Shown: positions 1 to 11,100 of the stretch, one piece after another
Position numbering within the stretch: position 1 is the first letter of the stretch
Layout: every line of letters begins with the position of its first letter
Assembly (NCBI GenBank): GCA_963675755.2
Contig: CAXXMD010000003.1
Coordinates: 2,720,001 to 2,784,000 of the forward strand
Length of the DNA stretch: 64,000 nucleotides
Reading direction: 5' to 3'
Source of the DNA: a bacterium
Lineage (GTDB): Bacteria > Zhuqueibacterota > Zhuqueibacteria > Residuimicrobiales > Krinioviventaceae
Translations under genes and position numbers: made by a program
Notes under the pieces: generated by a model
Database searches by the model: none
Told to the model about the DNA's origin: nothing
What the model saw: the letters and a program-made list of their open reading frames with translations, nothing else

Positions 1-2
1 GC

Positions 3-734
3 CCTTTTAATGTGTTTTTGCGTAATATGGCGCAGTTTCAACTTGTTCTATGCAATACTCCCGATGCTGGTGTGATGGGATGCGTTATTCCATCGGTCGC
101 ACCATACGGTTCTACCAGTTTTAGCCGGTTATGCTATGCCCAAAATTTTTGTTGTCTTGCAGATTCTTTTACCTGGATATCTCATGGCGAGATATTCAAT
201 GACTCTGTCGAACCTTGTGCCGTTCTTAAGGATGTGTCGTATTATTACAGTGAACGTCCTGATTTTTTTGGACCGGAATGTGACTGGCCAACCATAGGCC
301 CGGCTGCCTATAGAGGGGGACAATATGGGGATAACGAAATACCTGCTTACACGCGTTTTGATTATTCATGCAAGACATTTATTGAAAATACAACGAACGT
401 TGAGGGACGGACGCCTTCAACAGGGATTACTGAAGCGGATTGTACGCAATCGGGAACGGATTTTACACTTCAAGACTGCTATCCCAATCCCTTTAATATG
501 CGCACGGTTATTCAATATGCCTTGTACAAGGACAGTCATGTTCAGGTGGATATATTTAATATTTTGGGACAAAAAGTAGCTGCGCTTGTTGATGAAAAAC
601 AGATCAAAGGGGTATATCAAGCATCCTGGAACGGGCGTACTGAGACAGGCCAGCCGGTGAGCAGCGGTGTATACCTGTGCCGGATAAACGTCGGGGGAGA
701 GGTTGAAACCCGAACCATGATGTTGTTAAAATAG
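3..734 (+). CDS. Secreted protein, 5'-truncated by the window edge, with C-terminal FlgD-Ig/T9SS type A-like sorting domain
   Basis: Frame is open back to position 3; C-terminus YPNPFN...IFNILGQKVAAL...WNG...VSSGVYLC...MMLLK. Confidence 0.8.
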   Translation, partial: PFNVFLRNMAQFQLVLCNTPDAGVMGCVIPSVAPYGSTSFSRLCYAQNFCCLADSFTWISHGEIFNDSVEPCAVLKDVSYYYSERPDFFGPECDWPTIGPAAYRGGQYGDNEIPAYTRFDYSCKTFIENTTNVEGRTPSTGITEADCTQSGTDFTLQDCYPNPFNMRTVIQYALYKDSHVQVDIFNILGQKVAALVDEKQIKGVYQASWNGRTETGQPVSSGVYLCRINVGGEVETRTMMLLK

Positions 735-750
735 GATTTTGGAGATTATT

Positions 751-3603
751 ATGAAAAAGTACAGTCTGTTTATGTTTTTTGTATTGTTTTCCGGGATTAC
801 ATCGGCTGTACCGTTGCGTTATGGATTTGTTGTTTCAGAAACCGCAAAGGTGTATGCAGATTCCAGTTTGGGTTCAGAAGTGCTTGAAACGCTCGAAATG
901 ACAGATTACCGGTTGGTGGCGGGTGGTGAACAAATAGATGAATTTGGTTATAAATATAATTTTGATTCCAGAGGTCTAATTAAAATTTTAACATCTGATA
1001 ATGTTTGGGGTTGGATAGATACTGACAGTTTAATTGTTTATACACATCATATAACATATCTTTCAAGAAAAGGAGATTCGTATTATAAAGATCCAGACAC
1101 GACTGCTGAACGTAAGTTGATATCCGCACAAGACGATTATTGGCCTGTGTTGGACGTTGAACATAAAAAAGAAAAGTACTGGCTTAAAGCTGCCCGAAAT
1201 GGAAAATTTTACTGGTTTATAACGGATTCTTTAATCTTTGAACCTCAGGATGCTTATTATGATGTTGCTACAAGAATTGCCAGATCATATCGTGACAGAA
1301 GAACAGGTAAATATATTAACAGCGACAAAGAAAAAGCATACAAGTTTGCGCATAAATTTCAAAAATCCTTTAATCCTGATAGTATCACCTGTGTAGCAAG
1401 TTATGATGGTGAAGTGGGGAATTCGTATTTGGGTACTGGTGCTTTTGGTTATTTTATGATTTATAGAATTGCCAAAAGACATCACGATTGGGATATTGCC
1501 ACAGAGGCTCTTTATGATATGGAACAAAAGTATCCTGAACAAAAGTTTTATCGTGGCAAGGCAGGACCCTTTGCTTATTTGGAGTTGATAAATCTATTAA
1601 GTAAGGATATAAAAGATGTTGATAGAGCAATTGATGTGTGTAAAGATACTATTTTGAAATTTCCTTATGTTGTTCTTGAAGCCGAAGAATCTACATTGCG
1701 ATTAGATATTTATACTGCAGAAAAAATTTTAGAAAACCTTGTTGATCAAGATTTGTTATTATTCCTCGAGAATGGAGATTGGCTAATAAATATTGGTGAA
1801 AATCCGGCCGTTAAACTGTTAGGATATAAAGCTAAAGCCCAATATTACGCCCGAGAACATGATTGGTTAAGATTAGAGGAGACTGTATATAAAGCTATAT
1901 CCCAATATCCTGATGAATATCGGTTTTATTATTTGAGTACAAAAAATTATACTTGTGATGTATTAGATATTTTGTTTGAAACATTGATGAAAGAACATAT
2001 TTATGACCGGTATTTCACGCTTACAGAAAAATGGAAAACTGAGTTTATACAATATCCAATAGGAGGATATTGTGCGTTTAAGCAGGCAGAGATGGTTGAT
2101 CGGACACAGGGCGATATTTCGACCGTTCTTGGTATGTATAAAAATACAATCGATATGTTTAATGTCGATCAATCAAATACGTCATCAAATAGACAACTAA
2201 TTGGTGTTGTTCTTGCAAAAGCACGATATAATGCGATTTTGGAGAGTGTCAAAGCACAATTCAGAATTGTATCTGATTCAACAATCGTGTTTTCTGGTCA
2301 AGGGGAGGATTTCCCCATTGTTGATGTATTATATGAAAACGATCTGGTTGAAAGTATATATACTGACATCAATTTATTAGATTATGCGGACAATAGATCC
2401 AGGCGAATTCGATTCGCCCATTTTATAAAAATTAAATTTAATAATGATAGAATTGGGTGGGTGGAATATGATCGCGTAGAGAAAATTGATGATAATGTTA
2501 TTTATGAAAACACGAACAAACGATCCTGGTGCATGAGGAATGGTGATGCGGACAATAATTTGTTTTTCCCTGGCCCTGATATTATATCTCCAACAATATT
2601 TTTAAATTTGGGCAAGCTTGATATGGCCAGTGTTAGATTTTATGATAATAATGAGGATAATGTATTAGATGTTTTTGCAAGAGGTGGAAATAGTGGTTAT
2701 AATGTTTTAGATGGTAAATCTTTTCAGCCAATTGCAAGAGTGCATAATAATAGAGGTATAGCACCTATTATTAAAAATGGTATACTGATACTGCAAAGTC
2801 ATAATAATAAAAGAGATCGTAACAAAAAATTAAAAGCATTTGATATAAAAGCTAATAAAGAATTATGGGAAAGAAATGCAGGTTTTCAAGTAGTTGCTAT
2901 TGCATATGAGAATAAAGTTTACCAAGTAATTATGGATGCTAATCATTTTTCAACATTAGAGTGCCTTGATATTCAATCCGGGATTGAATTGTGGAAGTCA
3001 GAACCCCATTGGTTTCATTGTTCAGGAATTGGTGTAAATGATGTTGCTCTTGTTACTGTTCATTCGGACTCTATTAGAGCGTATGACCCATCTGAAGGAA
3101 TTTATTTGTGGGGAAAACAGGGCAATAGATGGACAGGCTTTCCAGTTATGGATGATAAGAATGTATTTGTATCAATGACTAATAAGTCTTTATGCTCTAT
3201 AGATTTAAACACTGGTCAAGAAAATTGGGTTGCTCGTGGACTTTGGGAAGGGGAAATTAATTTTTCTATATCACCTTTAGTAACCTTTGATAAAGTGATT
3301 TATTCTCCAACAATTAATACAATAGTTGCAATTGATAAAATGTCAGGTAAAAATGTTTGGACTCGGCAATTTGAAAACAAGATCATTTCCATGTGTGCAA
3401 GTGATAATATGTTGTATGTTTATGTTGCTGATGAAAATACAAGGTCTATCTCGACAAAAGAGAATCTCTTTGGTATAAATTGTAAAACCGGAAATATAGT
3501 TTGGGGAAAGCACTTTTCATCCAGAAAAGAGGTTATTTATCAATCAGGGAGATTATTTATTGATACTAATAATGGTGTGTTGGTTTTGAGTAACGATAAT
3601 TAG
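751..3603 (+). CDS. Secreted multidomain protein: SH3-like domain(s), helical (TPR-like) middle, C-terminal PQQ-like beta-propeller
   Basis: GGAG RBS at 741-744, ATG 751, signal peptide MKKYSLFMFFVLFSGITSA; SH3b-like GWIDTD and GWVEYD segments; repeated xDxxxGxxxW propeller blades in the last ~300 aa. Confidence 0.6.
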   Translation: MKKYSLFMFFVLFSGITSAVPLRYGFVVSETAKVYADSSLGSEVLETLEMTDYRLVAGGEQIDEFGYKYNFDSRGLIKILTSDNVWGWIDTDSLIVYTHHITYLSRKGDSYYKDPDTTAERKLISAQDDYWPVLDVEHKKEKYWLKAARNGKFYWFITDSLIFEPQDAYYDVATRIARSYRDRRTGKYINSDKEKAYKFAHKFQKSFNPDSITCVASYDGEVGNSYLGTGAFGYFMIYRIAKRHHDWDIATEALYDMEQKYPEQKFYRGKAGPFAYLELINLLSKDIKDVDRAIDVCKDTILKFPYVVLEAEESTLRLDIYTAEKILENLVDQDLLLFLENGDWLINIGENPAVKLLGYKAKAQYYAREHDWLRLEETVYKAISQYPDEYRFYYLSTKNYTCDVLDILFETLMKEHIYDRYFTLTEKWKTEFIQYPIGGYCAFKQAEMVDRTQGDISTVLGMYKNTIDMFNVDQSNTSSNRQLIGVVLAKARYNAILESVKAQFRIVSDSTIVFSGQGEDFPIVDVLYENDLVESIYTDINLLDYADNRSRRIRFAHFIKIKFNNDRIGWVEYDRVEKIDDNVIYENTNKRSWCMRNGDADNNLFFPGPDIISPTIFLNLGKLDMASVRFYDNNEDNVLDVFARGGNSGYNVLDGKSFQPIARVHNNRGIAPIIKNGILILQSHNNKRDRNKKLKAFDIKANKELWERNAGFQVVAIAYENKVYQVIMDANHFSTLECLDIQSGIELWKSEPHWFHCSGIGVNDVALVTVHSDSIRAYDPSEGIYLWGKQGNRWTGFPVMDDKNVFVSMTNKSLCSIDLNTGQENWVARGLWEGEINFSISPLVTFDKVIYSPTINTIVAIDKMSGKNVWTRQFENKIISMCASDNMLYVYVADENTRSISTKENLFGINCKTGNIVWGKHFSSRKEVIYQSGRLFIDTNNGVLVLSNDN

Positions 3604-3617
3604 AAAAGATGGTTTGT

Positions 3618-5063
3618 TTATATATTACTAACCAAATTGCAATAGATTACAGTTTTATACCCTTTATTCAACGTATGCATCTTGGCATTTACGGATTTTA
3701 GCCAGTCATCCAGTTTTTTACCAAGTTCTTGCACCTTTTCAGGCATTTGTTCGTACAGGTCATGCTGTTCGCTGAGGTCATTTGACAGATCATAAAGCTC
3801 GGTTTTTACGGGATCGTAAAAACGTAAGAGTTTGTATTGTCCGTCACGGATTGCCGCGGCCGGCTGTTTGGCCTGGGGACTGTAGTGGGGATAGTACCAG
3901 TACAATTCACGTTCTGCGAGTTGAGTGTTGCCCGTCAGTACGGATTTCAAGCTGGCACCCTCAACGTCTTGAGATATTTGCGAGTTGTGAACAATCTCTG
4001 CGATTGTGGGGAGAATGTCGTGGCTGATGACTGGTGTATTATTTATAGAACCCGATTTGACCTTGCCCGGCCATTTAACAATCATGGGCACACGGATACC
4101 ACCCTCGTATAGAAATCCTTTGCCGGCGCGCAGGGGAGCGTTATTAGTAACCGTTGCCAGTCCGCCATTGTCGCTCACCAGAATTACCAGCGTGTTGTTG
4201 TCAATCTGTTTTTCTTGCAGATATGCCATTAAACGGCCCACATTGGTATCCACTTTTTCCACCATGGCGGCATAGACAGCGTTTTTTTGAGATTTGTCTC
4301 GTTCGAGTTTCTTTTCATATTTTTCAATCAACTCCTGCGGCGCCTGTAGTGGTGTGTGCACGGCATAGTAGGGGAGATAGACGAAAAAGGGCTGCTCGCC
4401 GGATTCCTGCATAAAGTTAATGGCTTCGTCTGTTAAGCGATCTGTAAGATACTCGCCCGGTTTACCACCATGCAGGGTGGGTATGCCGGGATTCCATTCT
4501 TTGTCCGGATCGGTATAGGGCCAAAAATATCCCGGTGGACTGCCGTGATTATAACCTGCAATATTGACATCGAATCCCTGTGCGGTGGGGTAATACTTTT
4601 CCTCATCACCAACATGCCACTTGCCGATACTGGCACTGCGGTAACCGGCAGGCTTGAGCGCTTCGGCAATAGTAATCTCTTTTAAACGGATGTGCATAAG
4701 ATCGTCCGGCGGGATGATTCGCGAATTCTCGGGATGGCGGTGTCTGCCAATCGCAGTAATATGGCCGGTAAACTGTAATTTTGCGGGACTCTTGCCGGTG
4801 AGTAGTGCCGCGCGTGTTGGGGAGCATACAGGACACGATGCGTAAGCATTGGTAAAACGCATGCCCTGGCTTGCGAGCCGGTCTATATGGGGCGACTCAT
4901 AAAAGGAACTGCCGTAACAGCCCAAATCCGTCCAACCGAGATCGTCCACTACAATCAGCAGGACGTTGGGATTCGTCTGCTTTTTTGTACAGGCAGTAAA
5001 TGCACCTGTAGTCATTGCGGTTGCTCCGAGTGCAAAGGATTTTAGAAATTTTCGGCGATGCAT
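3618..5063 (-). CDS. Sulfatase (arylsulfatase A-like, formylglycine-dependent), Tat/lipoprotein signal
   Basis: PNVLLIVVDDLG, CSPTRAALLTG (CxPxR), GKWH, SDNGG motifs; N-terminal RRKFLK and FTAC; GAGG RBS before ATG 5063. Confidence 0.93.
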   Translation of the reverse strand: MHRRKFLKSFALGATAMTTGAFTACTKKQTNPNVLLIVVDDLGWTDLGCYGSSFYESPHIDRLASQGMRFTNAYASCPVCSPTRAALLTGKSPAKLQFTGHITAIGRHRHPENSRIIPPDDLMHIRLKEITIAEALKPAGYRSASIGKWHVGDEEKYYPTAQGFDVNIAGYNHGSPPGYFWPYTDPDKEWNPGIPTLHGGKPGEYLTDRLTDEAINFMQESGEQPFFVYLPYYAVHTPLQAPQELIEKYEKKLERDKSQKNAVYAAMVEKVDTNVGRLMAYLQEKQIDNNTLVILVSDNGGLATVTNNAPLRAGKGFLYEGGIRVPMIVKWPGKVKSGSINNTPVISHDILPTIAEIVHNSQISQDVEGASLKSVLTGNTQLAERELYWYYPHYSPQAKQPAAAIRDGQYKLLRFYDPVKTELYDLSNDLSEQHDLYEQMPEKVQELGKKLDDWLKSVNAKMHTLNKGYKTVIYCNLVSNI

Positions 5064-5071
5064 AGGTGGCC

Positions 5072-5740
5072 TCAAAAGTGAGCGGTTAGCAGGTTTGTTG
5101 ATATTGTCTTGTTGTTTAATTTAAAAAATGTTTGTTCATTATCAACCTTGAATGATGGAATACCAAAACATAGTTTGTCTTTTTCAATATTCAGCATGCC
5201 CCAGGAATCGTCATTGTTTTCTGCTTTTATCTTGTCCGAAAGATTGTAGCCTATGATTGAACCTGCTGTTGTGGTTGCAAAAGTGAAGATAATTTGTACA
5301 AGAGCTTCCCAACCATCATTATCTGCTTCAAGAAATAATAGCGTACCCACACCTAATCCTACGGTGCTTCCCAGAAATGTTGCTGCAAATGAGCCGTTGT
5401 GCCCCTTGATTTTGCTGATCAGATAAACGCCCAAGGTGCTTCCTACTGTATAGCCACCTAAATATGACCATAAAACAGTTTTGTTTTGGTCATCTTTTGG
5501 ATTAACAATAAGACAAGTCGCATAGCCCATACCAAGGCCTGCTATAGTACTGAATCTATATTGCCACGTAGAAAGGCTTGGTTCATCATATTTGACTGAA
5601 ATAAATTTGGCACTTTGTTCAAGTGTAGAGGCTACATCATACGCGTTTTCTACAGATAAACCCGAATTTTGATATACAAGAGATTGTCCAAATACCGCAA
5701 TGCTTGTTAATAGCAATATACTGATGGTGCGGATTATCAT
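5072..5740 (-). CDS. Hypothetical membrane protein with Gly-rich hydrophobic helices
   Basis: 222-aa ORF, signal peptide plus several GxxxG-rich hydrophobic segments. Confidence 0.6.
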   Translation of the reverse strand: MIIRTISILLLTSIAVFGQSLVYQNSGLSVENAYDVASTLEQSAKFISVKYDEPSLSTWQYRFSTIAGLGMGYATCLIVNPKDDQNKTVLWSYLGGYTVGSTLGVYLISKIKGHNGSFAATFLGSTVGLGVGTLLFLEADNDGWEALVQIIFTFATTTAGSIIGYNLSDKIKAENNDDSWGMLNIEKDKLCFGIPSFKVDNEQTFFKLNNKTISTNLLTAHF

Positions 5741-5811
5741 AATACCCCCTTGGCGTGTTAAGAGTCTGTAGTTATTATGATTTATTATATTAAAAAGTAA
5801 ATTATTTGGTC

Positions 5812-6639
5812 TTAATGTTCAATCTTTTTGCCTAAAATGATCTCTGCAACCAGATTGGGGCGTGTTTGGGCACCGCTTGCTAGGGTGCGCAGATTATCAT
5901 TTGCTGATGCTTTGATGCCGCCAGCCTTTAACCTGTCGAGTCCGGTTTGCACATCAATTCCCGCTTCACTGCACACCTGGGCAACGGATTTTTGTCCCCA
6001 GCCGCCACCTTGACCGCTTGCATTGGATAGCTGCTTTGACTGGGTTGCTCTGTAAATATCCGCGGGAGAGATGTTGTTATTTTGGGCGATGGTTTTAATC
6101 GTTTGATCAGGAGTGAATTGCCAGTTGTGCCGCTGCATACTTTGTCCAAAGCGTTCAATGTCCAGATTGATTTGTTTACAGAATTCATTAACTGTCATTT
6201 CTTCAGCATGGGGAATAGGGGGCTGGTTTTCAGCTTCGTATGCCCAATAGTCTTTTATGTCTGTATTCCAACGGATTATTGTGGCAAAGGGTTGAATATC
6301 TGCAACGGATGCCCAGATTATAAAAAGTGAAAAAACAAGCGCAAGCGCAAGCTCTAGTTTCAAATTCATGGCTTTTTTGAATCTGCTGTAAATGTAGCCT
6401 GTTATGGCTCGCCAGTTGTAATAAATATGAAATGCGGCTATGATAAAAAATATCAAAGATGAATTGATATGCAAAGCGCCCCATGTTTCTTTATCAAGAC
6501 CCCAAAACGTCCAGTTGGTCCAGTGGGCGATTTTTCCCTGGGGTGTGAAATAGAGAACAATACCAGATATGAGTGATATGATAAAACTAAACGTGTTCAA
6601 TAGCGAAACAAAACCGCGGTACCTGAAATTCTTTTTCAT
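5812..6639 (-). CDS. DUF4405-like membrane protein with C-terminal repeated soluble domains
   Basis: SGIVLYFTP...W...LH...FHIYYNW pattern typical of DUF4405; GAGG RBS upstream. Confidence 0.7.
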   Translation of the reverse strand: MKKNFRYRGFVSLLNTFSFIISLISGIVLYFTPQGKIAHWTNWTFWGLDKETWGALHINSSLIFFIIAAFHIYYNWRAITGYIYSRFKKAMNLKLELALALVFSLFIIWASVADIQPFATIIRWNTDIKDYWAYEAENQPPIPHAEEMTVNEFCKQINLDIERFGQSMQRHNWQFTPDQTIKTIAQNNNISPADIYRATQSKQLSNASGQGGGWGQKSVAQVCSEAGIDVQTGLDRLKAGGIKASANDNLRTLASGAQTRPNLVAEIILGKKIEH

Positions 6640-6690
6640 ATGTACTTCCTCAAAAAATATTCAAATTTCGATTAATTTAAGAAATTTGGG

Positions 6691-6748
6691 AATAAGAACA
6701 AAATAGTATCTGTTGAATGATTTAAATGAGACTAAAATGGTCCTATTT
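6691..6748 (+). promoter_or_regulatory. Putative tandem Rrf2 (IscR/SufR-like) operator boxes upstream of the suf operon
   Basis: AAATGAGAC-TAAAATG-GTCCTATTT imperfect palindrome (6724-6748) and a degenerate copy AATAAGAACAAAATAGT at 6691; resembles the GAC-N7-GTC core of IscR-type sites. Confidence 0.5.
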
Positions 6749-6757
6749 GAGAGAAGG

Positions 6758-7159
6758 ATGTTTAAACTAAGTAAAAAGACAGAATACGGCCTGCTGGCCC
6801 TGCAGTATTTGGCTGATAGACCCGAAAATGTGGCAACGGTAAGAGAGATTGCAGAGTTTCACAATGTCTCTAAAACTTTGCTTGCAAAAGTACTGCAAAT
6901 GCTTGCAAGAAAGAATATAGTTGAATCAGTACAGGGCGCTCAAGGCGGTTATGTCATTGCTGATGATATAGATAATATTACCATAGCGCGAATCTTGGAG
7001 GCTATCGATGGCCCTATACACATAACGGATTGTTATGATAAAGAATCCGGATGTGATCGTACTCGTGATTGCACGCTGAAACATCGTTTTGTACCCATAC
7101 AAAAAGGTATAATGCAGCAATTGAGCAGTATGTCACTCGCGCAGTTTTTTAAGGAGTAA
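6758..7159 (+). CDS. Rrf2-family transcriptional regulator (IscR/SufR-like) of the suf operon
   Basis: [12 protein letters not shown] start, wHTH with SVQGAQGGY, three Cys ([14 protein letters not shown]) as likely Fe-S ligands; first gene of the suf operon. Confidence 0.9.
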   Translation: MFKLSKKTEYGLLALQYLADRPENVATVREIAEFHNVSKTLLAKVLQMLARKNIVESVQGAQGGYVIADDIDNITIARILEAIDGPIHITDCYDKESGCDRTRDCTLKHRFVPIQKGIMQQLSSMSLAQFFKE

Positions 7160-7161
7160 TT

Positions 7162-8610
7162 ATGGCAAGTGAAACAGATTTTTTAAATGAATTTGCAAAC
7201 CGTGAGTATAAATACGGATTTGTTTCTGATATTGAGAGCGAGGCGGTTCCAAAGGGATTGAATGAGGATGTGATCCGTTTGATCTCGGCAAAAAAGGAGG
7301 AGCCCGAGTTTTTGCTTGAATGGCGCTTGAAAGCGTTTCGTCATTGGCAAACCATGAAAGAACCGAGCTGGGCCAATGTGAAATATGATCCAATCGATTA
7401 TCAGGATATTGTTTATTATTCCGCTCCCAAGAGCAAGGCAGATGGCCCCAAGAGCCTGGAAGAGGTGGATCCAGCAATTCTTGAAATGTATAACAAACTC
7501 GGCATCCCCCTGGAGGAACAGGAAGTTTTGGCGGGTGTGGCCGTTGATGCTGTGCTTGACAGTGTCTCTGTTGCGACTACGTTTAAAGAAAAATTGTCCG
7601 AGTTGGGCATTATTTTTTGTTCATTCTCAGAAGCGGTAAAAAATCATCCGGACCTGGTAAAACAGTACCTGGGAAGTGTGGTGCCCTATACAGATAACTT
7701 TTTTGCGGCCTTGAATTCCGCAGTGTTTAGTGACGGATCGTTTGTTTTTATTCCCAAAGGTGTCAGGTGTCCCATGGAGCTGTCTACTTATTTCCGTATC
7801 AATGCGGCAAATACCGGACAGTTTGAGAGAACGCTGATTATTGCAGAAGATGACAGCTATGTCAGTTATTTGGAAGGCTGTACAGCCCCCATGCGGGATG
7901 AAAATCAACTTCACGCCGCGGTTGTAGAATTGGTGGCATTGGATAATGCTCAGATTAAATACTCTACCGTTCAAAACTGGTATCCGGGAGACAAGGATGG
8001 TAAAGGCGGTATCTATAATTTTGTTACAAAACGTGGTTTGGCCAAAGGTGTGAACTCTAAAATCTCATGGACACAGGTTGAAACTGGTTCTGCAATTACC
8101 TGGAAATACCCGGGTTGTGTGTTGCAGGGTGATGGATCCGTTGGCGAGTTTTATTCCGTGGCGTTGACTGCAAACAGACAGCAGGCCGATACGGGTACCA
8201 AGATGGTGCACATTGGCAAGAATACAAAAAGTACCATCATTTCTAAAGGTATCTCTGCGGGATTTGGACAAAACAGTTACCGTGGACAGGTCAAGGTGCT
8301 AAAAGGTGCAACCAACGCGCGTAATTTTTCACAATGTGATTCCATGCTTATTGGTGACAAATGCGGTGCGCATACATTCCCTTATATTGAAGTGAAAAAC
8401 AGCACCGCCCAGGTTGAGCACGAGGCAACCACCTCGAAAATTGGTGAAGATCAGATATTTTACTGTAATCAACGTGGTATCAGTACCGAGGATGCAGTAT
8501 CTATGATTGTAAATGGTTTTTGTAAAGAAGTATTGGCAGAGTTGCCCATGGAGTTTGCGGTTGAAGCGCAAAAGCTGTTGGGTGTTAGCCTTGAAGGCAG
8601 TGTAGGATAA
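7162..8610 (+). CDS. sufB: Fe-S cluster assembly protein SufB
   Basis: [48 protein letters not shown] motifs. Confidence 0.97.
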   Translation: MASETDFLNEFANREYKYGFVSDIESEAVPKGLNEDVIRLISAKKEEPEFLLEWRLKAFRHWQTMKEPSWANVKYDPIDYQDIVYYSAPKSKADGPKSLEEVDPAILEMYNKLGIPLEEQEVLAGVAVDAVLDSVSVATTFKEKLSELGIIFCSFSEAVKNHPDLVKQYLGSVVPYTDNFFAALNSAVFSDGSFVFIPKGVRCPMELSTYFRINAANTGQFERTLIIAEDDSYVSYLEGCTAPMRDENQLHAAVVELVALDNAQIKYSTVQNWYPGDKDGKGGIYNFVTKRGLAKGVNSKISWTQVETGSAITWKYPGCVLQGDGSVGEFYSVALTANRQQADTGTKMVHIGKNTKSTIISKGISAGFGQNSYRGQVKVLKGATNARNFSQCDSMLIGDKCGAHTFPYIEVKNSTAQVEHEATTSKIGEDQIFYCNQRGISTEDAVSMIVNGFCKEVLAELPMEFAVEAQKLLGVSLEGSVG

Positions 8611-8634
8611 GGATAACGTTTTTTGGAGATAAAT

Positions 8635-9399
8635 ATGTTAACTATAAAAAATTTACATGCTTCCGTTGAAGGAAATGAAATTTTAAAAGGTATAGATTTA
8701 GAGGTCAAAGCGGGTGAGATTCATGCAATTATGGGCCCCAATGGCTCAGGAAAGAGTACTCTGGCATCTGTATTGGCGGGTCGAGAAGAGTATGAGGTGA
8801 CGGACGGTTCGGTTGATTTTGATGGGAGTGACCTTTTAGATATGGATCCTGAAGACCGCGCCAGAGAAGGATTGTTTCTGGCTTTTCAGTACCCTGTAGA
8901 GATTCCGGGTGTAAATACATCCTATTTCTTGCGTACAGCTTTGAATGAAAAACTGGATTATCAGGGCAAGGATAAAATCAGCGCCGGCGCCTTTTTAAAA
9001 CTGTTGCGTGAAAAAATGAAGCTCGTACAAATGGATGAAAAGTTTTTAAAACGTGCTGTAAATGAAGGTTTTTCCGGTGGTGAGAAAAAACGTAACGAGA
9101 TTTTGCAAATGGCAGTACTTGAGCCTAAACTTGCCGTGCTTGATGAAACCGATTCCGGTTTGGATATTGATGCGCTCAAGATTGTTGCCAATGGTGTGAA
9201 TACATTACGCAGTAAAGATAATGCGGTTATAGTTGTAACCCACTATCAGCGTTTACTTGATTATATTGTACCGGATTATGTGCATGTGTTATACAAGGGC
9301 AAAATTGTTAAATCCGGAGATAAAACACTGGCCCGTGAACTTGAAAAGCAGGGTTATGACTGGTTAAAAGAGCAGGAACCTGCAGCGGCTAATGTTTAG
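8635..9399 (+). CDS. sufC: Fe-S cluster assembly ATPase SufC
   Basis: GPNGSGKST Walker [31 protein letters not shown]. Confidence 0.97.
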   Translation: MLTIKNLHASVEGNEILKGIDLEVKAGEIHAIMGPNGSGKSTLASVLAGREEYEVTDGSVDFDGSDLLDMDPEDRAREGLFLAFQYPVEIPGVNTSYFLRTALNEKLDYQGKDKISAGAFLKLLREKMKLVQMDEKFLKRAVNEGFSGGEKKRNEILQMAVLEPKLAVLDETDSGLDIDALKIVANGVNTLRSKDNAVIVVTHYQRLLDYIVPDYVHVLYKGKIVKSGDKTLARELEKQGYDWLKEQEPAAANV

Positions 9400-9411
9400 G
9401 AGTGTGAGATT

Positions 9412-10743
9412 ATGAGTACAATTAATGATAATAAAATTTGGCCTCTGCTGAACTTTGAAACGTTTGAAAAACAATTAAATGGCCAGGCGGAATCACCTCT
9501 GCATGATTTGCGAAAAAAAGCCATTGAACGGTTCAGTGAAATGGGATTCCCAACAATGCGCAAAGAGGCATGGCGGTTTACCAATATTTCTCCGGTTGAA
9601 CAGCAGTCGTTTAAACTGGATGCGGGAGACGTTCCGGTCAGCCTTGATGAGATCAAACCCTTTTTGTTGAATGAAAACGACCCTGTACAGCTCGTTTTTG
9701 TTAACGGTGTGTTTAAACCGGAATTGTCTGAAATACATGTTAAAGACGGTATTGTTGTTCAAAATCTCGGGCAGGCTATCAAGGATGATCCTGAACGGGT
9801 ATTGACGTATTTGAAGAAAAATGAAAATGTTTTTGATTACGAATTCTCTGCGTTAAATACTGCATTTATGAAAGAGGGTGCTTTTATTTACATCCCTAAA
9901 AATGTAGTTTTTGACAAACCAATCCATCTTTTATATATTTCACGTGCAAAAGACACAGAAATTGTAAGTCACCCTCGCAATTTGATCGTGGCAGAGACAA
10001 ATTCTCAGGCAACTATAATGGAATCGTATGCTGGTTGGAATAATGAGGTTTATTTTTCCAATCCTGTTACTGATGTTGTATTGGGCGAGAATGCAATTGT
10101 GCACCATTATAAAGTACAGCGTGAAAGTGAAAAGGCATATCATATTGCTTTACAGCACATCCATCAGGAACGCAGCAGCCATTTTGCATCGTATTCTTTT
10201 TCAATCGGTGCGGCTATTTCGCGAAACGATATTCACAATGTATTGGATGGTGAAGGATGTGATTCTGTGTTGAATGGGTTGTATCTGGCGCATGATCGTC
10301 AGGTTGTTGACACACATTCACTTATCGATCACGCTCAGCCACATTGTAACAGCCGTGAAGTATATCATGGTATTTTAGATGACAAGGCCAAGACAGTATT
10401 CAGCGGCAAGATTCATGTGAGAAAAGACGCACAGAAAACCGATGCAATCCAGAGTAACAAGAACATCTTGCTTTCTGAAGAAGCTACTGTAGATACACAG
10501 CCGCAGCTCGAAATTTTTGCGGATGATGTGAGATGTACACATGGCGGCACAGTTGGACAGATCGATAATAATGGTGTGTTTTATTTACGTTCGCGCGGTA
10601 TTGGTGAAATAAAGGCGAGAAATATTATGATCCATGCTTTTGCCGGTGAAATTTTTAACGAAGTCAAGTTTGATTCCGTAAGAGAATTGATGGACGACCT
10701 GGTATTGTCGCACCTTGAAGACGGTCATTTGAAACATTCATAA
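9412..10743 (+). CDS. sufD: Fe-S cluster assembly protein SufD
   Basis: EAWRFT, AQKTDA, PQLEIFADDVRCTHG; position after sufC. Confidence 0.95.
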   Translation: MSTINDNKIWPLLNFETFEKQLNGQAESPLHDLRKKAIERFSEMGFPTMRKEAWRFTNISPVEQQSFKLDAGDVPVSLDEIKPFLLNENDPVQLVFVNGVFKPELSEIHVKDGIVVQNLGQAIKDDPERVLTYLKKNENVFDYEFSALNTAFMKEGAFIYIPKNVVFDKPIHLLYISRAKDTEIVSHPRNLIVAETNSQATIMESYAGWNNEVYFSNPVTDVVLGENAIVHHYKVQRESEKAYHIALQHIHQERSSHFASYSFSIGAAISRNDIHNVLDGEGCDSVLNGLYLAHDRQVVDTHSLIDHAQPHCNSREVYHGILDDKAKTVFSGKIHVRKDAQKTDAIQSNKNILLSEEATVDTQPQLEIFADDVRCTHGGTVGQIDNNGVFYLRSRGIGEIKARNIMIHAFAGEIFNEVKFDSVRELMDDLVLSHLEDGHLKHS

Positions 10744-10758
10744 ACATGAGGCAGTTTA

Positions 10759-11079
10759 ATGTACGAACCTGATATGAAATCGATCATGCAGGATGTGATA
10801 GAAGTTTTGCAGAATATTTATGACCCTGAAATTCCAGTGAATATTTATGATTTGGGACTTGTTTATGAGGTTGATGTGGATGAAAACGGACATGTAAATA
10901 TTGTGATGACATTAACATCACCAGCATGTCCGGTTGCAGAAGCGTTGCCCAATGAAGTTAAAGCTACAGTACATCATGTTGAAGGAGTTAAGGGTGTGGA
11001 TGTGGAAGTGGTTTGGGATCCTCCATGGAATTACAATATGATGACTGAAGAAGCAAGGCTTGAACTTGGAATGATGTAA
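10759..11079 (+). CDS. sufT: SufT / DUF59 Fe-S assembly protein
   Basis: YDPEIPVNIYDLGL, MTLTSPACP, WDPPW. Confidence 0.92.
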   Translation: MYEPDMKSIMQDVIEVLQNIYDPEIPVNIYDLGLVYEVDVDENGHVNIVMTLTSPACPVAEALPNEVKATVHHVEGVKGVDVEVVWDPPWNYNMMTEEARLELGMM

Positions 11080-11100
11080 ACCTGGCGAGAGGGAGGTTGA

